The notes: generated from the sequence alone by a model not told the origin. Positions 17,750-26,521 are shown, counted from the stretch's first letter. The stretch: 64,000 bases of DNA from Streptosporangiales bacterium (GCA_009379995.1 WHSR01000003.1:10324-74323); one strand, 5' to 3'. Made by a program: numbers and translations.

Positions 17750-19573
17750 TCAGTCGAGGAGCCGCACGACGCCGCGGTCGCCGTCGACCCGTACCCGCTG
17801 GCCGGTCTTGATGCGCTTGGTCGCCTGCCCGGTGCCGACCACTGCGGGCATGCCGTACTCGCGCGCGACGATCGCGGCGTGCGACATCGTGCCGCCGATG
17901 TCGGAGACCGCCGCCTTGATCTTGCCGAACACCGGTCCCCAGCTCGGCGCGGTCACCGGGCAGACGAGGATCTCGCCCTCGCGGATCTGGCCGATCTCGT
18001 TGACGTCCTTCAGTACGCGGGCGGTCCCCTCGACCACGCCGGGAGAGGCCCCGTACCCGTGCACCTCTTTCTCGTCGAGCTCGTCCGAAGCGCGGGACCA
18101 GGTCTCGATCGTCTCGGCCGTGATGCCCCACAGCATCTTGACCGCTGGGTCGTTCAGCGCCTCCGGCACGGGGCCGAGGGCCGGCGGCGGCGACCAATCC
18201 CGCAGCACGCCGAGCATGCGCTTGCGCTCGGCGATGATCGGCCGGAGGTGGGCCGCGCCCAGCGGCCGGCCCCCTGACGCCCAGGCCAGCATCACGTCGG
18301 CGAGTGCCGCGTCGACCTCGGTGTGGTGCAGCTGGAAGACGTCGTCGGCCTCGTCGAGCACTCCTTGGCGGCGCAGGAGCTCACCGAACGCCCGGATCTT
18401 CTGGAAGAACCGGGTGGTGAACCAGTGCTCGCAGTAGAACTTGTGGTCCTCCACGTAGGGGAAGACCAGCCGGCAGAGGCCGAGCATCTGGTCGAAGGCG
18501 GCGCGCTCCTCCTCGCTCGCGAGCAGGTCGCGGTACTCGGCCGCGATGCTCTCGCGCTCCTGCACGAGCGTCTCGGTGGGCCGGACAAGCGACTCGCCGT
18601 CGCGCGCCTTCCGGACATAGCGGGTCAGCGCCGCGAAGGGCACCGACAGGTCCTCGTTCCAGCTCAGATGGTGGTGGTAGAAGCCGTCCCCGGTGGAGAC
18701 GTGGAACCAGGGCGTACGCGCCTCCTCGAACCCCGCCAGCCAGCGAGCACCCGCCTCCCCGCGCTTGCCCAACGCGTCGAGGACCTCGGCCGGGTCGCAC
18801 CCCTCGACGAAAAGGTCGTCGACGCCGCAGTCGACCGCCAGCTTCGCCAGCCGCTTGAGCTCGTCGTCCGGCCGGTACATGATCACCTCGACGCCGGCGA
18901 CCATGCGGGCCACCATCTGGTCGGGGATCTCCGGAAACGCCTTCTTGCAGAACTCGAAGAAGACCACGTAGGCGCCGTAGCCGAGCATGAGGAACTCGGT
19001 GTGGTGGTGCCACATCTTCGAGTACAGGTCGAGGCAACGGTGGTAGTTCTCCCGCACGTAGTGGTTCTGCGCGACTCCGGTGGAGTTCTTGACCACGTCG
19101 ATGTCCTCGAACTCGGGCAACTCCGGCACCGTGATCGCCTCGATCTCGCCGATCAGGCCCTGAATCCGGGTCTTCCAGCCGTCGTACAGCTGGTCCCAGT
19201 TCTCGTAGTAGTAACCGGCCCGCTCCTGGAAGATCGCGGCCCGCCGCTCGATCTCGGCCGGCTCGGTGACCGGGATCGCGGTGATGTAGACGCGTCCGTT
19301 GACGATCCGGTGCTCGATGCCCAACGTCGTGGGGAAGGCGAACACCCGCGCGGTGTTCGCGCCGATCGCGGTGTACGGGACCTCGGCGGTGATCGTGTCG
19401 AAGGCCGGCATCGGCTCGGGGAAGTGCATGGAGTTGTAGAACCAGAAGCGCTCGTCGTCCTCTGGCTGGAACCGGGTGAAGTACGGGTACATCGACCGCC
19501 AGCCCTCGGCGCCGGGCACGTCGGCGACCTGCGAGGGCAGCGGGAAGCTGCGGATATCGCCCTTCTGGTCCAT
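17750..19573 (-). CDS. PEP-utilizing-enzyme mobile-domain subunit (phenylphosphate synthase alpha-like: substrate domain + phosphohistidine swivel)
   Basis: ATG at 19571-19573 lies behind GAGGAA. The C-terminus is GASPGVVEGTARV...ILVCPVTAPSWGPVFGKIKAAVSDIGGTMSHAAIVAREYGMPAVVG, which contains the catalytic His motif. The ~470-aa N-terminal domain has no catalytic motif I recognise. Confidence 0.85.
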   Translation of the reverse strand: MDQKGDIRSFPLPSQVADVPGAEGWRSMYPYFTRFQPEDDERFWFYNSMHFPEPMPAFDTITAEVPYTAIGANTARVFAFPTTLGIEHRIVNGRVYITAIPVTEPAEIERRAAIFQERAGYYYENWDQLYDGWKTRIQGLIGEIEAITVPELPEFEDIDVVKNSTGVAQNHYVRENYHRCLDLYSKMWHHHTEFLMLGYGAYVVFFEFCKKAFPEIPDQMVARMVAGVEVIMYRPDDELKRLAKLAVDCGVDDLFVEGCDPAEVLDALGKRGEAGARWLAGFEEARTPWFHVSTGDGFYHHHLSWNEDLSVPFAALTRYVRKARDGESLVRPTETLVQERESIAAEYRDLLASEEERAAFDQMLGLCRLVFPYVEDHKFYCEHWFTTRFFQKIRAFGELLRRQGVLDEADDVFQLHHTEVDAALADVMLAWASGGRPLGAAHLRPIIAERKRMLGVLRDWSPPPALGPVPEALNDPAVKMLWGITAETIETWSRASDELDEKEVHGYGASPGVVEGTARVLKDVNEIGQIREGEILVCPVTAPSWGPVFGKIKAAVSDIGGTMSHAAIVAREYGMPAVVGTGQATKRIKTGQRVRVDGDRGVVRLLD

Positions 19574-19625
19574 CGGTTCCTCCAAGCGGGAGAGGGGGCC
19601 GCGGCGCGGGGGCGCGAGCCGCCGT

Positions 19626-21701
19626 TCAGGTGGTCGAGTAGTCCTGTTGTGTTCGCGCGTAGTCGATGAAGTAATCCAGCGCCTGCGGGTTGGCCATCGC
19701 GTTGCGGTTGGCCGCCCGCTCCGCCGGCACCCCGAGGAGGATCTTGCGGACCGGTACCTCCATCTTCTTGCCGGTGAGCGTCACCGGGATCTCCGGCACC
19801 TGGACGACCCGGTCCGGCACGTGGCGCGGCGTGTACGCGCGGCGCAGCCGGTCGCGGATCTTCTGCTCGACGGAGGCATCCAGCGTCGTCCCGTCCGCGA
19901 CGCTGACGAACAGCGGCATGAAGGATCCCCCGCCGGGGAGGTCGAGGTTGACGATGAGTGCATCGTCGATCTCCTCGATCAGCTCCAGCGCTCGGTAGAT
20001 CTCCGCGGTGCCGATGCGCACGCCGTGGCGGTTCAGTGTGGCGTCCGAGCGTCCCAGCACGAAGCAGCCGCCGCGCCGGTTCACCCGGAAGAAGTCACCG
20101 TGCCGCCATACCCCCGGGAAGTCCGCGAAGTAGGTCTCGCGGTAGCGCCGGCCGTCCTTGTCACCCCACAGGAACACCGGCATCGAGGGCATGGGTTCGG
20201 TGATCACGAGTTCACCGACCTCGTCGACAACGCCCTGGCCCCGCTCGTTGAACGCGTACGCGGCCACGCCCAGGGACCGCGCCTGGATCTCGCCGGCGTA
20301 GACGGGCAGCGTCGGCACGCCGCCCACGAACCCCGTGCAGCAGTCGGTGCCGCCGCTGCCGGTGGCCACCCACAGGTCCTGTTTGACGTTGCGGTAGAAC
20401 CAAGCGGTGCACTGCGGTGACACCGGCGAGCCGGCGGGCATGATCGCGCGCAGCCGGGACAGGTCGTACCTCTCCCCCGGGACGATGCCCGCCTTGGACA
20501 TCTGGTCGACGTAGGCGGGACTGGCGCCGAAGAAGTCGACCCGACAGTCCTGGGCCATCTTCCACAGCACGTCGACGTCGGGGTAGGCGGGATTGCCGTC
20601 GTACAGCACCGGACACACACCGGGCAGCAACGTGCTCACTATGAAGTTCCACATCATCCAGCCGGTCGTGGTGAAGAAGAACGCCCGTTCGCCGGGTCGA
20701 AGGTCCATGTGGAAGGTCTGCAGCTTCAGCTGCTCCAACAGGATTCCGCCGTGGCCGTGCACGATCGCCTTGGGCAGCCCGGTGGTGCCGGACGAGAACA
20801 GGATCCACAGCGGGTGGTCGAAGGGGACCTGCTCGAACTCGAACGCCTCCGCCGGCACCGGCGGGTGATCGAGCACGGCGTCCCACGCCATCGCGTCGCT
20901 CCTCGGCGGCTCGGGATCAGCGGGGTTCAGGTACGGCAGGTAGACGACATCCTGGAGATCCTTGAGCGCATCGATGATCTGCCGCAGCTCGGCGCGCCGG
21001 TCGTACGCCTTGCCCCCGTAGCGGTAACCGTCGACGCAGAACAGAACCTTCGGCGCCAGCTGCTGGAAGCGGTCGAGCACGCCGCGCCAGCCGAAGTCCG
21101 GTGAGCAGGATGCCCAGACGGCGCCGATGCTGGTGGTGGCGAGCATCGCGATGACCGTCTGCGGGATGTTCGGCATGTACGCGACTACCCGGTCGCCCGG
21201 TCGAACACCCATCTCGCGCAGGCGGGTGGCGAGGATACGCACCTGCCCGGCCAGGTCCTCCCACGGGACGCCGGTCAGCGGCGTGGTCTCGGTCAAGAAC
21301 ATCAGCGCATCGGTGCCCGGCCGCTCGTGCCGGAGGGCGTGCTGCGCGTAGTTGATCCGGGCCCCGGGGAACCATTGAGCACCGGGCATCGCGCGGCTGC
21401 CCAGCACCCGGGTCGGTGGGGTAGATGACTGGATGTCGAAGTAGTCCCAGATCGCGCCCCAGAACCCGTCGAGGTCCGCGACAGACCAGCTCCACAGGGC
21501 GTCGTAGTCGTCGAAATGCAGGCCGCGCTCGCTTTCCAACCACTTCACGAACGCCGTCAGATTGGAGTTCGCCGCCCGCTCCGCGTCCGGCTTCCAGAGC
21601 AGGTCGCCTTCGCGGACCTCGCTGCTGTCCGGGCTGCTGTCCGGGCTGATGTCCGTGCTGCTATCCGAGCGTCCACGGGGGGCGGGAAAAGGAGGCCGCA
21701 T
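19626..21701 (-). CDS. acetoacetate-CoA ligase (acetoacetyl-CoA synthetase)
   Basis: Motifs: LLWKPDAERAANSNLTAFVKWLE, WFPGARINYAQHAL, FSSGTTGLPKAIVH, WMMWNF. The length and order are typical of AACS. ATG 21699-21701 is the only canonical start upstream of the conserved LW, apart from TTG 21737. Confidence 0.9.
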   Translation of the reverse strand: MRPPFPAPRGRSDSSTDISPDSSPDSSEVREGDLLWKPDAERAANSNLTAFVKWLESERGLHFDDYDALWSWSVADLDGFWGAIWDYFDIQSSTPPTRVLGSRAMPGAQWFPGARINYAQHALRHERPGTDALMFLTETTPLTGVPWEDLAGQVRILATRLREMGVRPGDRVVAYMPNIPQTVIAMLATTSIGAVWASCSPDFGWRGVLDRFQQLAPKVLFCVDGYRYGGKAYDRRAELRQIIDALKDLQDVVYLPYLNPADPEPPRSDAMAWDAVLDHPPVPAEAFEFEQVPFDHPLWILFSSGTTGLPKAIVHGHGGILLEQLKLQTFHMDLRPGERAFFFTTTGWMMWNFIVSTLLPGVCPVLYDGNPAYPDVDVLWKMAQDCRVDFFGASPAYVDQMSKAGIVPGERYDLSRLRAIMPAGSPVSPQCTAWFYRNVKQDLWVATGSGGTDCCTGFVGGVPTLPVYAGEIQARSLGVAAYAFNERGQGVVDEVGELVITEPMPSMPVFLWGDKDGRRYRETYFADFPGVWRHGDFFRVNRRGGCFVLGRSDATLNRHGVRIGTAEIYRALELIEEIDDALIVNLDLPGGGSFMPLFVSVADGTTLDASVEQKIRDRLRRAYTPRHVPDRVVQVPEIPVTLTGKKMEVPVRKILLGVPAERAANRNAMANPQALDYFIDYARTQQDYSTT

Positions 21702-21753
21702 GTGCAGAGGGTGACCCAAGAGCCCAAGCGGAGACAAGGATTGCCTACCAGCT

Positions 21754-21768
21754 TTTCACCTGGTGAAA
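21754..21768. promoter_or_regulatory. 15-bp perfect palindrome TTTCACCtGGTGAAA in the AACS/IclR divergent spacer (candidate IclR operator)
   Basis: Seven-bp arms are perfect around one central base. It is the only strong dyad in the 94-bp spacer and overlaps the alternative GTG (21763) of the regulator. Confidence 0.4.
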
Positions 21769-21795
21769 TTGAACCCTTGGTCGCGAGAGGTCCCG

Positions 21796-22608
21796 ATGCG
21801 TCACTACAAGGTCAAACCGATCCACGCGCTGTCCCGGGGGCTGGAGGTTCTCCAGGCTCTGCAGCAGATGCGCGCCGCGAGCCTTCACGACCTGCACCAG
21901 GTGACCGGCATCCCGAAGAGCACGCTGACCCGCATCCTCTACACCTGCCACCGCCAAGGTCTGGTCTGGCAGCGCATGGCCGACGGGGCGTTCCTGCCCA
22001 GCCACACCGTGGCGCGGCGGGTCAGGCTCGAGGACGCCAGCTGGCTGGCCGAGATCAGCTCGCCGGTGCTGGAAGGGCTTTGCGAGCGGGTGATGTGGCC
22101 GTCGGTGCTGTCGGTCCCCCGTCTCGACTACATGGAGGTCGTCGAGACCAACAGCCCACGCGCCTACTTCGACGAGGTACCGGTGAAGCCGATCGGCTTT
22201 CGCGCCAACATGCTGCGCTCCGCGTCCGGCCGGGCCTACCTCGCGTTCTGCCCCGACCAGGAGCGCGATGCCGTACTGCGCCGCCTTCGCGAGCGCGACG
22301 TACCGGGCCACGAGCTCGCGCACCACGACGAGACGATCCGACGGCTGGTCGAGGCGACCCGCAGGCGTGGGTACAGCGTACGGGCGCCGGACTTCGGCGG
22401 CGACTACGCGAAGACCCGCGACGAGGTCGACGACGGCCGCAACTCCATCGCCATGCCGATCCGGGTGGGCGGGCACGTGCTCGGCTGCATCAACCTCACC
22501 TGGCGAAGGAAGCAGATGACCCCCGCACAGATGGCCGAGCGCCATCTCGAGGACCTGGGCGACGCCGTGCGAACCGTGGAGAAGCGTGCCGCGGAGGCAC
22601 TGGGTTAA
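21796..22608 (+). CDS. IclR-family transcriptional regulator
   Basis: MRHYKVKPIHALSRGLEVLQALQQMRAASLHDLHQVTGIPKSTLTRIL is the wHTH. A C-terminal IclR effector domain follows (GRAYLAFCP...SIAMPIRVGGHVLGCINL). It is divergent from the carboxylase operon. Confidence 0.85.
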   Translation: MRHYKVKPIHALSRGLEVLQALQQMRAASLHDLHQVTGIPKSTLTRILYTCHRQGLVWQRMADGAFLPSHTVARRVRLEDASWLAEISSPVLEGLCERVMWPSVLSVPRLDYMEVVETNSPRAYFDEVPVKPIGFRANMLRSASGRAYLAFCPDQERDAVLRRLRERDVPGHELAHHDETIRRLVEATRRRGYSVRAPDFGGDYAKTRDEVDDGRNSIAMPIRVGGHVLGCINLTWRRKQMTPAQMAERHLEDLGDAVRTVEKRAAEALG

Positions 22609-22654
22609 CCGGTTCGGTAAGCCATCTTCCTCCCCAGAAGATCAATTCAGGGTA

Positions 22655-22668
22655 TAGGAGCGCTCCCG
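22655..22668. promoter_or_regulatory. CebR/CelR-type operator, box 1 (TAGGAGCGCTCCCG)
   Basis: Matches the known 14-bp palindrome TGGGAGCGCTCCCA at 12 of 14 positions. It lies upstream of the GH5-ABC-LacI operon. Confidence 0.6.
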
Positions 22669-22685
22669 GAGGTGGGAGAACGTTA

Positions 22686-22699
22686 TGAGAGCGCTCCCA
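22686..22699. promoter_or_regulatory. CebR/CelR-type operator, box 2 (TGAGAGCGCTCCCA)
   Basis: Matches TGGGAGCGCTCCCA at 13 of 14 positions. It is 31 bp centre-to-centre from box 1 and about 90 bp upstream of the GH5 ATG. Confidence 0.65.
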
Positions 22700-22789
22700 T
22701 CCCAGGTTGACGCCGTGTTTCCGCTCATGTTTCCCTGACTCCACTTATTCGGTTCAGCTAGCGGGCGACCAGCTGGGAAGAGAGCCGCG

Positions 22790-24742
22790 ATGCGGGACTC
22801 GGAGATGTTCCTGATCGAGGGCCGGCCGTGGCTCGGCGCCAACTTCTGGTCGCGTACCGGCGGGCCGCTGATGTGGCGCCGCTACCACCCGGAGGTGGTC
22901 CGGGGCGAGCTCCGGGTGCTGCGCGAGCACGGCATGAACCTCACCCGGTCCTTCTTCTACTGGCCAGACTTCATGCCCGCGCCCGACCGGGTGGACGAGG
23001 AACTCGTCGGCCGCTTCACCGATTTCCTCGACGGCCACGTCGAGGAGGGCATTCAAACCATCCCCACGTTCATCGTCGGCCACATGTCCGGCGAGAACTG
23101 GGACCCGGCCTGGCGACAGGGCCGCGAACTCTACGGCGACGTATGGATGGTCGCCCGGCAGGCGTGGTTCGTCCGCGAGCTGACCGCCCGGTTCCGTGAC
23201 CACGCCGCCGTCGCCGGCTGGCTGATCTCCAACGAGATGCCGATCTACGGGGAGCCGGCACCGAGCGAGCGGGTGACGCCGTGGGCGCAGCTCATGGTCC
23301 AGGCGGTGCGCGCCGCCGGGGCCACCCAGCCGGTGTCGATCGGTGACGGCGCGTGGGGAGTCGAGATCACCGGCGTGGACAACGGGTTCTCCGTCCGCGA
23401 CCTTGCCGAGATCGTCGACTTCCTCGGACCGCACCTCTACCCGGTTGAGGACGACCCGGTCCGCCAAAACCTGGCGGCGGCGTTCGTCTGCGAGCTGGCG
23501 GGCTTCGCCGGCAGGCCGGTCGTACTCGAGGAGTTCGGTCTCACCAGCAACTTCGCCTCCGCGGAGAATGCCCGCCACTACTACCGGCAGGTGCTGCACA
23601 ACACGCTGCTGGCCGGGGCGCCCGGCTGGATCGCCTGGAACAACACCGACTACGACGACCTGTTCGAGCAGGACCCCTACCGGCACCACGCCTTCGAGAT
23701 GCACTTCGGGCTGACCGACGCCTCCGGGACGCCCAAGCCGCAGCTGGCCGAGGTGCGCGCCTTCGCCGAGCTCCTGGGGCGGATCGACTTCCCGTCCTGC
23801 TCGCGCCCGCCGGCCGAGGTCGCCCTGGTCGTGCCGTCGTACCTGGAGTGCGCCTATCCCTTCACCCAGCCGGCCGAGCGCACGTTCGTCTTCGCCGCCC
23901 TGCGGCAGGCCTACATCGCCGCCAGAGAGGCCGACCTCCCGCTCCGGATGCCGCGCGAGCGCGACGGGCTCGCCCCCGGCTTCCGGCTGTACCTGGTGCC
24001 GTCGACCAAGCAGCTCACCGCGCCGGCCTGGCGGGACCTGGAGCGGTTCGCCCACGACGGCGCGGTCGTCTACGTGTCGTACTGCCCCGGCCCGAGCAAG
24101 GCGCTGCGCGGGCCGTGGTACGCGGACCTCAACGGGATGTTCGGGGTCGAGCACGAGCTCGCCTACGGGCTCGTCGACCCCATCGAGGACGAGGAGGTGG
24201 TCGTCACCTTCGTACGCGCCTTCGGATCGATCCCGGAGGGCACCCAGCTGACGTTCCGCGCCGGGGGCAACGAGCACTCCCGGGCGTTCCTGCCGGTGCG
24301 CCCGGCGGGCGCCGAGGTCGTCGCCGTGGACGGGCACGACCGCCCGGTGCTGCTCGAACGGGCCGCCGGCGCCGGCCGGGTCGTCCTGTGCACGTACCCG
24401 CTGGAGCACATGGCGGCCGTCACCCCCCGGGTCAATCCCGAGCCGACGTACCGCATCTACGACGCGCTCGCCGAGGTCGCGGGCGTCGGCCGGCCGGTGA
24501 CGACCGAGGATCCGCGCGTCTTCGCCGCCGAGCTGCGCCACCGCGACGGCCGGCGCTTCGTCTGGTTGGTCAGCCAGGCACCCGAAGAGGTCACCGTCAA
24601 GCCGATGGCGGACGGACGCCTGAACAGCTTGCAGACCGGGCAGCCGGTGGACGAGGTCGACCTGGGCGCCTACGGCGTCCAGGTGCTGCGGCTGCTGCCC
24701 GGTAACGAAGAAGAAGGAGAATCGCAATGCGAAACCGGCTGA
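22790..24742 (+). CDS. cytoplasmic clan GH-A (GH5-like) glycoside hydrolase with C-terminal extension
   Basis: 650 aa with no signal peptide. NLTRSFFYW; the acid/base motif is WLISNEMP; the nucleophile motif is PVVLEEFG; then WIAWNNTDYDD. The C-terminal ~300 aa are of unclear fold. Confidence 0.75.
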   Translation: MRDSEMFLIEGRPWLGANFWSRTGGPLMWRRYHPEVVRGELRVLREHGMNLTRSFFYWPDFMPAPDRVDEELVGRFTDFLDGHVEEGIQTIPTFIVGHMSGENWDPAWRQGRELYGDVWMVARQAWFVRELTARFRDHAAVAGWLISNEMPIYGEPAPSERVTPWAQLMVQAVRAAGATQPVSIGDGAWGVEITGVDNGFSVRDLAEIVDFLGPHLYPVEDDPVRQNLAAAFVCELAGFAGRPVVLEEFGLTSNFASAENARHYYRQVLHNTLLAGAPGWIAWNNTDYDDLFEQDPYRHHAFEMHFGLTDASGTPKPQLAEVRAFAELLGRIDFPSCSRPPAEVALVVPSYLECAYPFTQPAERTFVFAALRQAYIAAREADLPLRMPRERDGLAPGFRLYLVPSTKQLTAPAWRDLERFAHDGAVVYVSYCPGPSKALRGPWYADLNGMFGVEHELAYGLVDPIEDEEVVVTFVRAFGSIPEGTQLTFRAGGNEHSRAFLPVRPAGAEVVAVDGHDRPVLLERAAGAGRVVLCTYPLEHMAAVTPRVNPEPTYRIYDALAEVAGVGRPVTTEDPRVFAAELRHRDGRRFVWLVSQAPEEVTVKPMADGRLNSLQTGQPVDEVDLGAYGVQVLRLLPGNEEEGESQCETG

Positions 24743-26472
24743 GGTTTCTGATCCCATTCTTTGCTGCCGCCTTAGTGGCAGCGGCCTGCACCGGAGGGGG
24801 CGGCGCCGGAGGGGGCGGCCAGGCCGGCGGTCCGCCCGGCAGCTACCCGCGGAGCCAGACCCTCTACACCAGCGGAACACAGTGGGCCCCGCCCTCGAAC
24901 TGGAATCCCGTCATGGACTGGGAGTACGTCACCGGGACCGAGGGGCTGGTCTACGAGCCGCTGTTCCTCTACGACCCGCTGAAGAACGAATACAGGCCCT
25001 GGCTGGCCGAAAGCGGGGACTGGACGAGCGACAACGTGTACGAGGTGAAGCTCCGCGAGGGCGTCAACTGGAGCGACGGCGAGCCCTTCACGGCCGAGGA
25101 CGTCGTCTTCACCTTCGAGCTCGGCAAGTTCGAGTCCGTCCCCTACCACAACCTGTGGGACTGGCTGCAGAAGGCCGAGGCGGTCGACGAGCGCACCGTG
25201 CGGTTCACCTTCTCCGAGCCCCTTTACCAGGAATGGTCGATCCACCTCTACAACAGGCCGATGGTTCCAAAGCACCTCTGGCAGGGCCGGTCGGAGAAGG
25301 AGGTGGCCAGCGGGGCCAACAAGAATCCCGTCGGCACCGGCGCCTACCTGTACCAGACCCACAGCCAGGACCGGATGGTCTGGGTGAAAAACGAGGAGTG
25401 GTGGGCGCAGGACGGGCTCGACCTGGACGTCAAGCCCAAGTACATCGTCGACATCGTCAACTCCAGCAACGAGGCGGCTCTCGGCCAGGTCCTGCAGGGC
25501 GGCATCGACCTGAGCAACAACTTCCTGCCCGGGATCGCGACGCTGGTGAAGGGCGGCTACCAACTCCACACCTACTACTCCGGCCCGCCGTACATGCTGT
25601 CGGCCAACACGGCGTGGCTGGTCCTGAACACGACGAAGAAGCCGATGGACGACGCGGAGTTCCGGAGGGCGATGGCACACGCCGTCGACGTAAACAAGAT
25701 CGTCAATACTGTCTACGGCCAGATCGTCTCCGCGGCCAGCCCCACCGGACTGCTCCCGGCCTGGGACGAGTACGTCGACAAGTCGGTCGTCGAGGAGATG
25801 GGATTCACCTACGATCCGGCTCGCGCCAAGAAGATCCTGGCCGATGCCGGCTACCGGGACACCAACGGTGACCGCCTCGTCGAGGCGCCCGACGGCTCCA
25901 AGATCGAGCTCTCCCTCATCGTTCCCAGCGGGTGGACCGACTGGGAGGAGTCCATCCGGGTGATCGCGGAAAGCGCCAAGGCCGCGGGCGTCAACGTCAG
26001 GCCGGAGTTCCCGGACTACGACGCCCTCGTGGACGCGCGGGACAGCGGCGAATACGACATGCTCATCAACAACGAGAAGCAGCTCAGCAGTACGCCGTGG
26101 GAGTACTACGACTACATGTTCCGGATGCCGGTCCAAGAAACGCAGACCACCGCCAACTTCGGGCGGTACGAGAACCAGAAGGCCTGGGACCTCGTGCAGC
26201 AGCTGGACAAGACCCCTGTCGACGATGTCGAGGGTATGAAGAAGGTCGCCTCCCAGCTGCAGCGCATTCAGCTCACCGAGATGCCGGTGATCCCGCTCTG
26301 GTACAACGGCCTATGGGCGCAGGCCAACAACACGGTCTGGACGAACTGGCCGTCGTCGGCGAAGGATACGCCCAACTATCTTCCGGCCACCTGGCGGAAC
26401 TACTACGAGATGGGCGGCGTCCTCGTGCTCACCGAACTGGAGCCGGCGCCGCAACAGGAGGAAGAACAGTAA
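24727..26472 (+). CDS. ABC transporter substrate-binding lipoprotein (family 5, Dpp/Opp-type)
   Basis: 581 aa. The lipobox is LVAAACTGGG. The size and motifs are typical of a family-5 SBP (YEPLFLYDP, DGEPFTAEDVVFTF). GAAGGAGA lies before the ATG. The gene overlaps the GH5 stop by 16 nt. Confidence 0.9.
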   Translation: MRNRLRFLIPFFAAALVAAACTGGGGAGGGGQAGGPPGSYPRSQTLYTSGTQWAPPSNWNPVMDWEYVTGTEGLVYEPLFLYDPLKNEYRPWLAESGDWTSDNVYEVKLREGVNWSDGEPFTAEDVVFTFELGKFESVPYHNLWDWLQKAEAVDERTVRFTFSEPLYQEWSIHLYNRPMVPKHLWQGRSEKEVASGANKNPVGTGAYLYQTHSQDRMVWVKNEEWWAQDGLDLDVKPKYIVDIVNSSNEAALGQVLQGGIDLSNNFLPGIATLVKGGYQLHTYYSGPPYMLSANTAWLVLNTTKKPMDDAEFRRAMAHAVDVNKIVNTVYGQIVSAASPTGLLPAWDEYVDKSVVEEMGFTYDPARAKKILADAGYRDTNGDRLVEAPDGSKIELSLIVPSGWTDWEESIRVIAESAKAAGVNVRPEFPDYDALVDARDSGEYDMLINNEKQLSSTPWEYYDYMFRMPVQETQTTANFGRYENQKAWDLVQQLDKTPVDDVEGMKKVASQLQRIQLTEMPVIPLWYNGLWAQANNTVWTNWPSSAKDTPNYLPATWRNYYEMGGVLVLTELEPAPQQEEEQ

Positions 26473-26478
26473 TGAGCC

Positions 26479-26521
26479 GTCACCATTCCTCTCCCGCGTG
26501 AGGTGGGAGGGGAATGGTGAC
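26479..26521 (+). terminator. strong intercistronic stem-loop between the SBP and permease genes (17-bp stem, 16/17 paired)
   Basis: GTCACCATTCCTCTCCC (26479-26495), loop gcgtgaggt, GGGAGGGGAATGGTGAC (26505-26521). It lies just after the SBP stop. This is a candidate partial terminator or mRNA-stabilising element. Confidence 0.55.

Noticed and set aside
22624-22642. Hairpin ATCTTC-ctcccca-GAAGAT after the IclR gene as a terminator
   Set aside because: The stem is only 6 bp and AT-rich, so it is too weak to call.
22754-24880. 708-aa minus-strand ORF
   Set aside because: It lies antisense to the well-supported GH5-like gene. Its composition is dominated by Arg/Gly/Pro/Asp/Val, typical of shadow ORFs in high-GC DNA, and it has no motifs.
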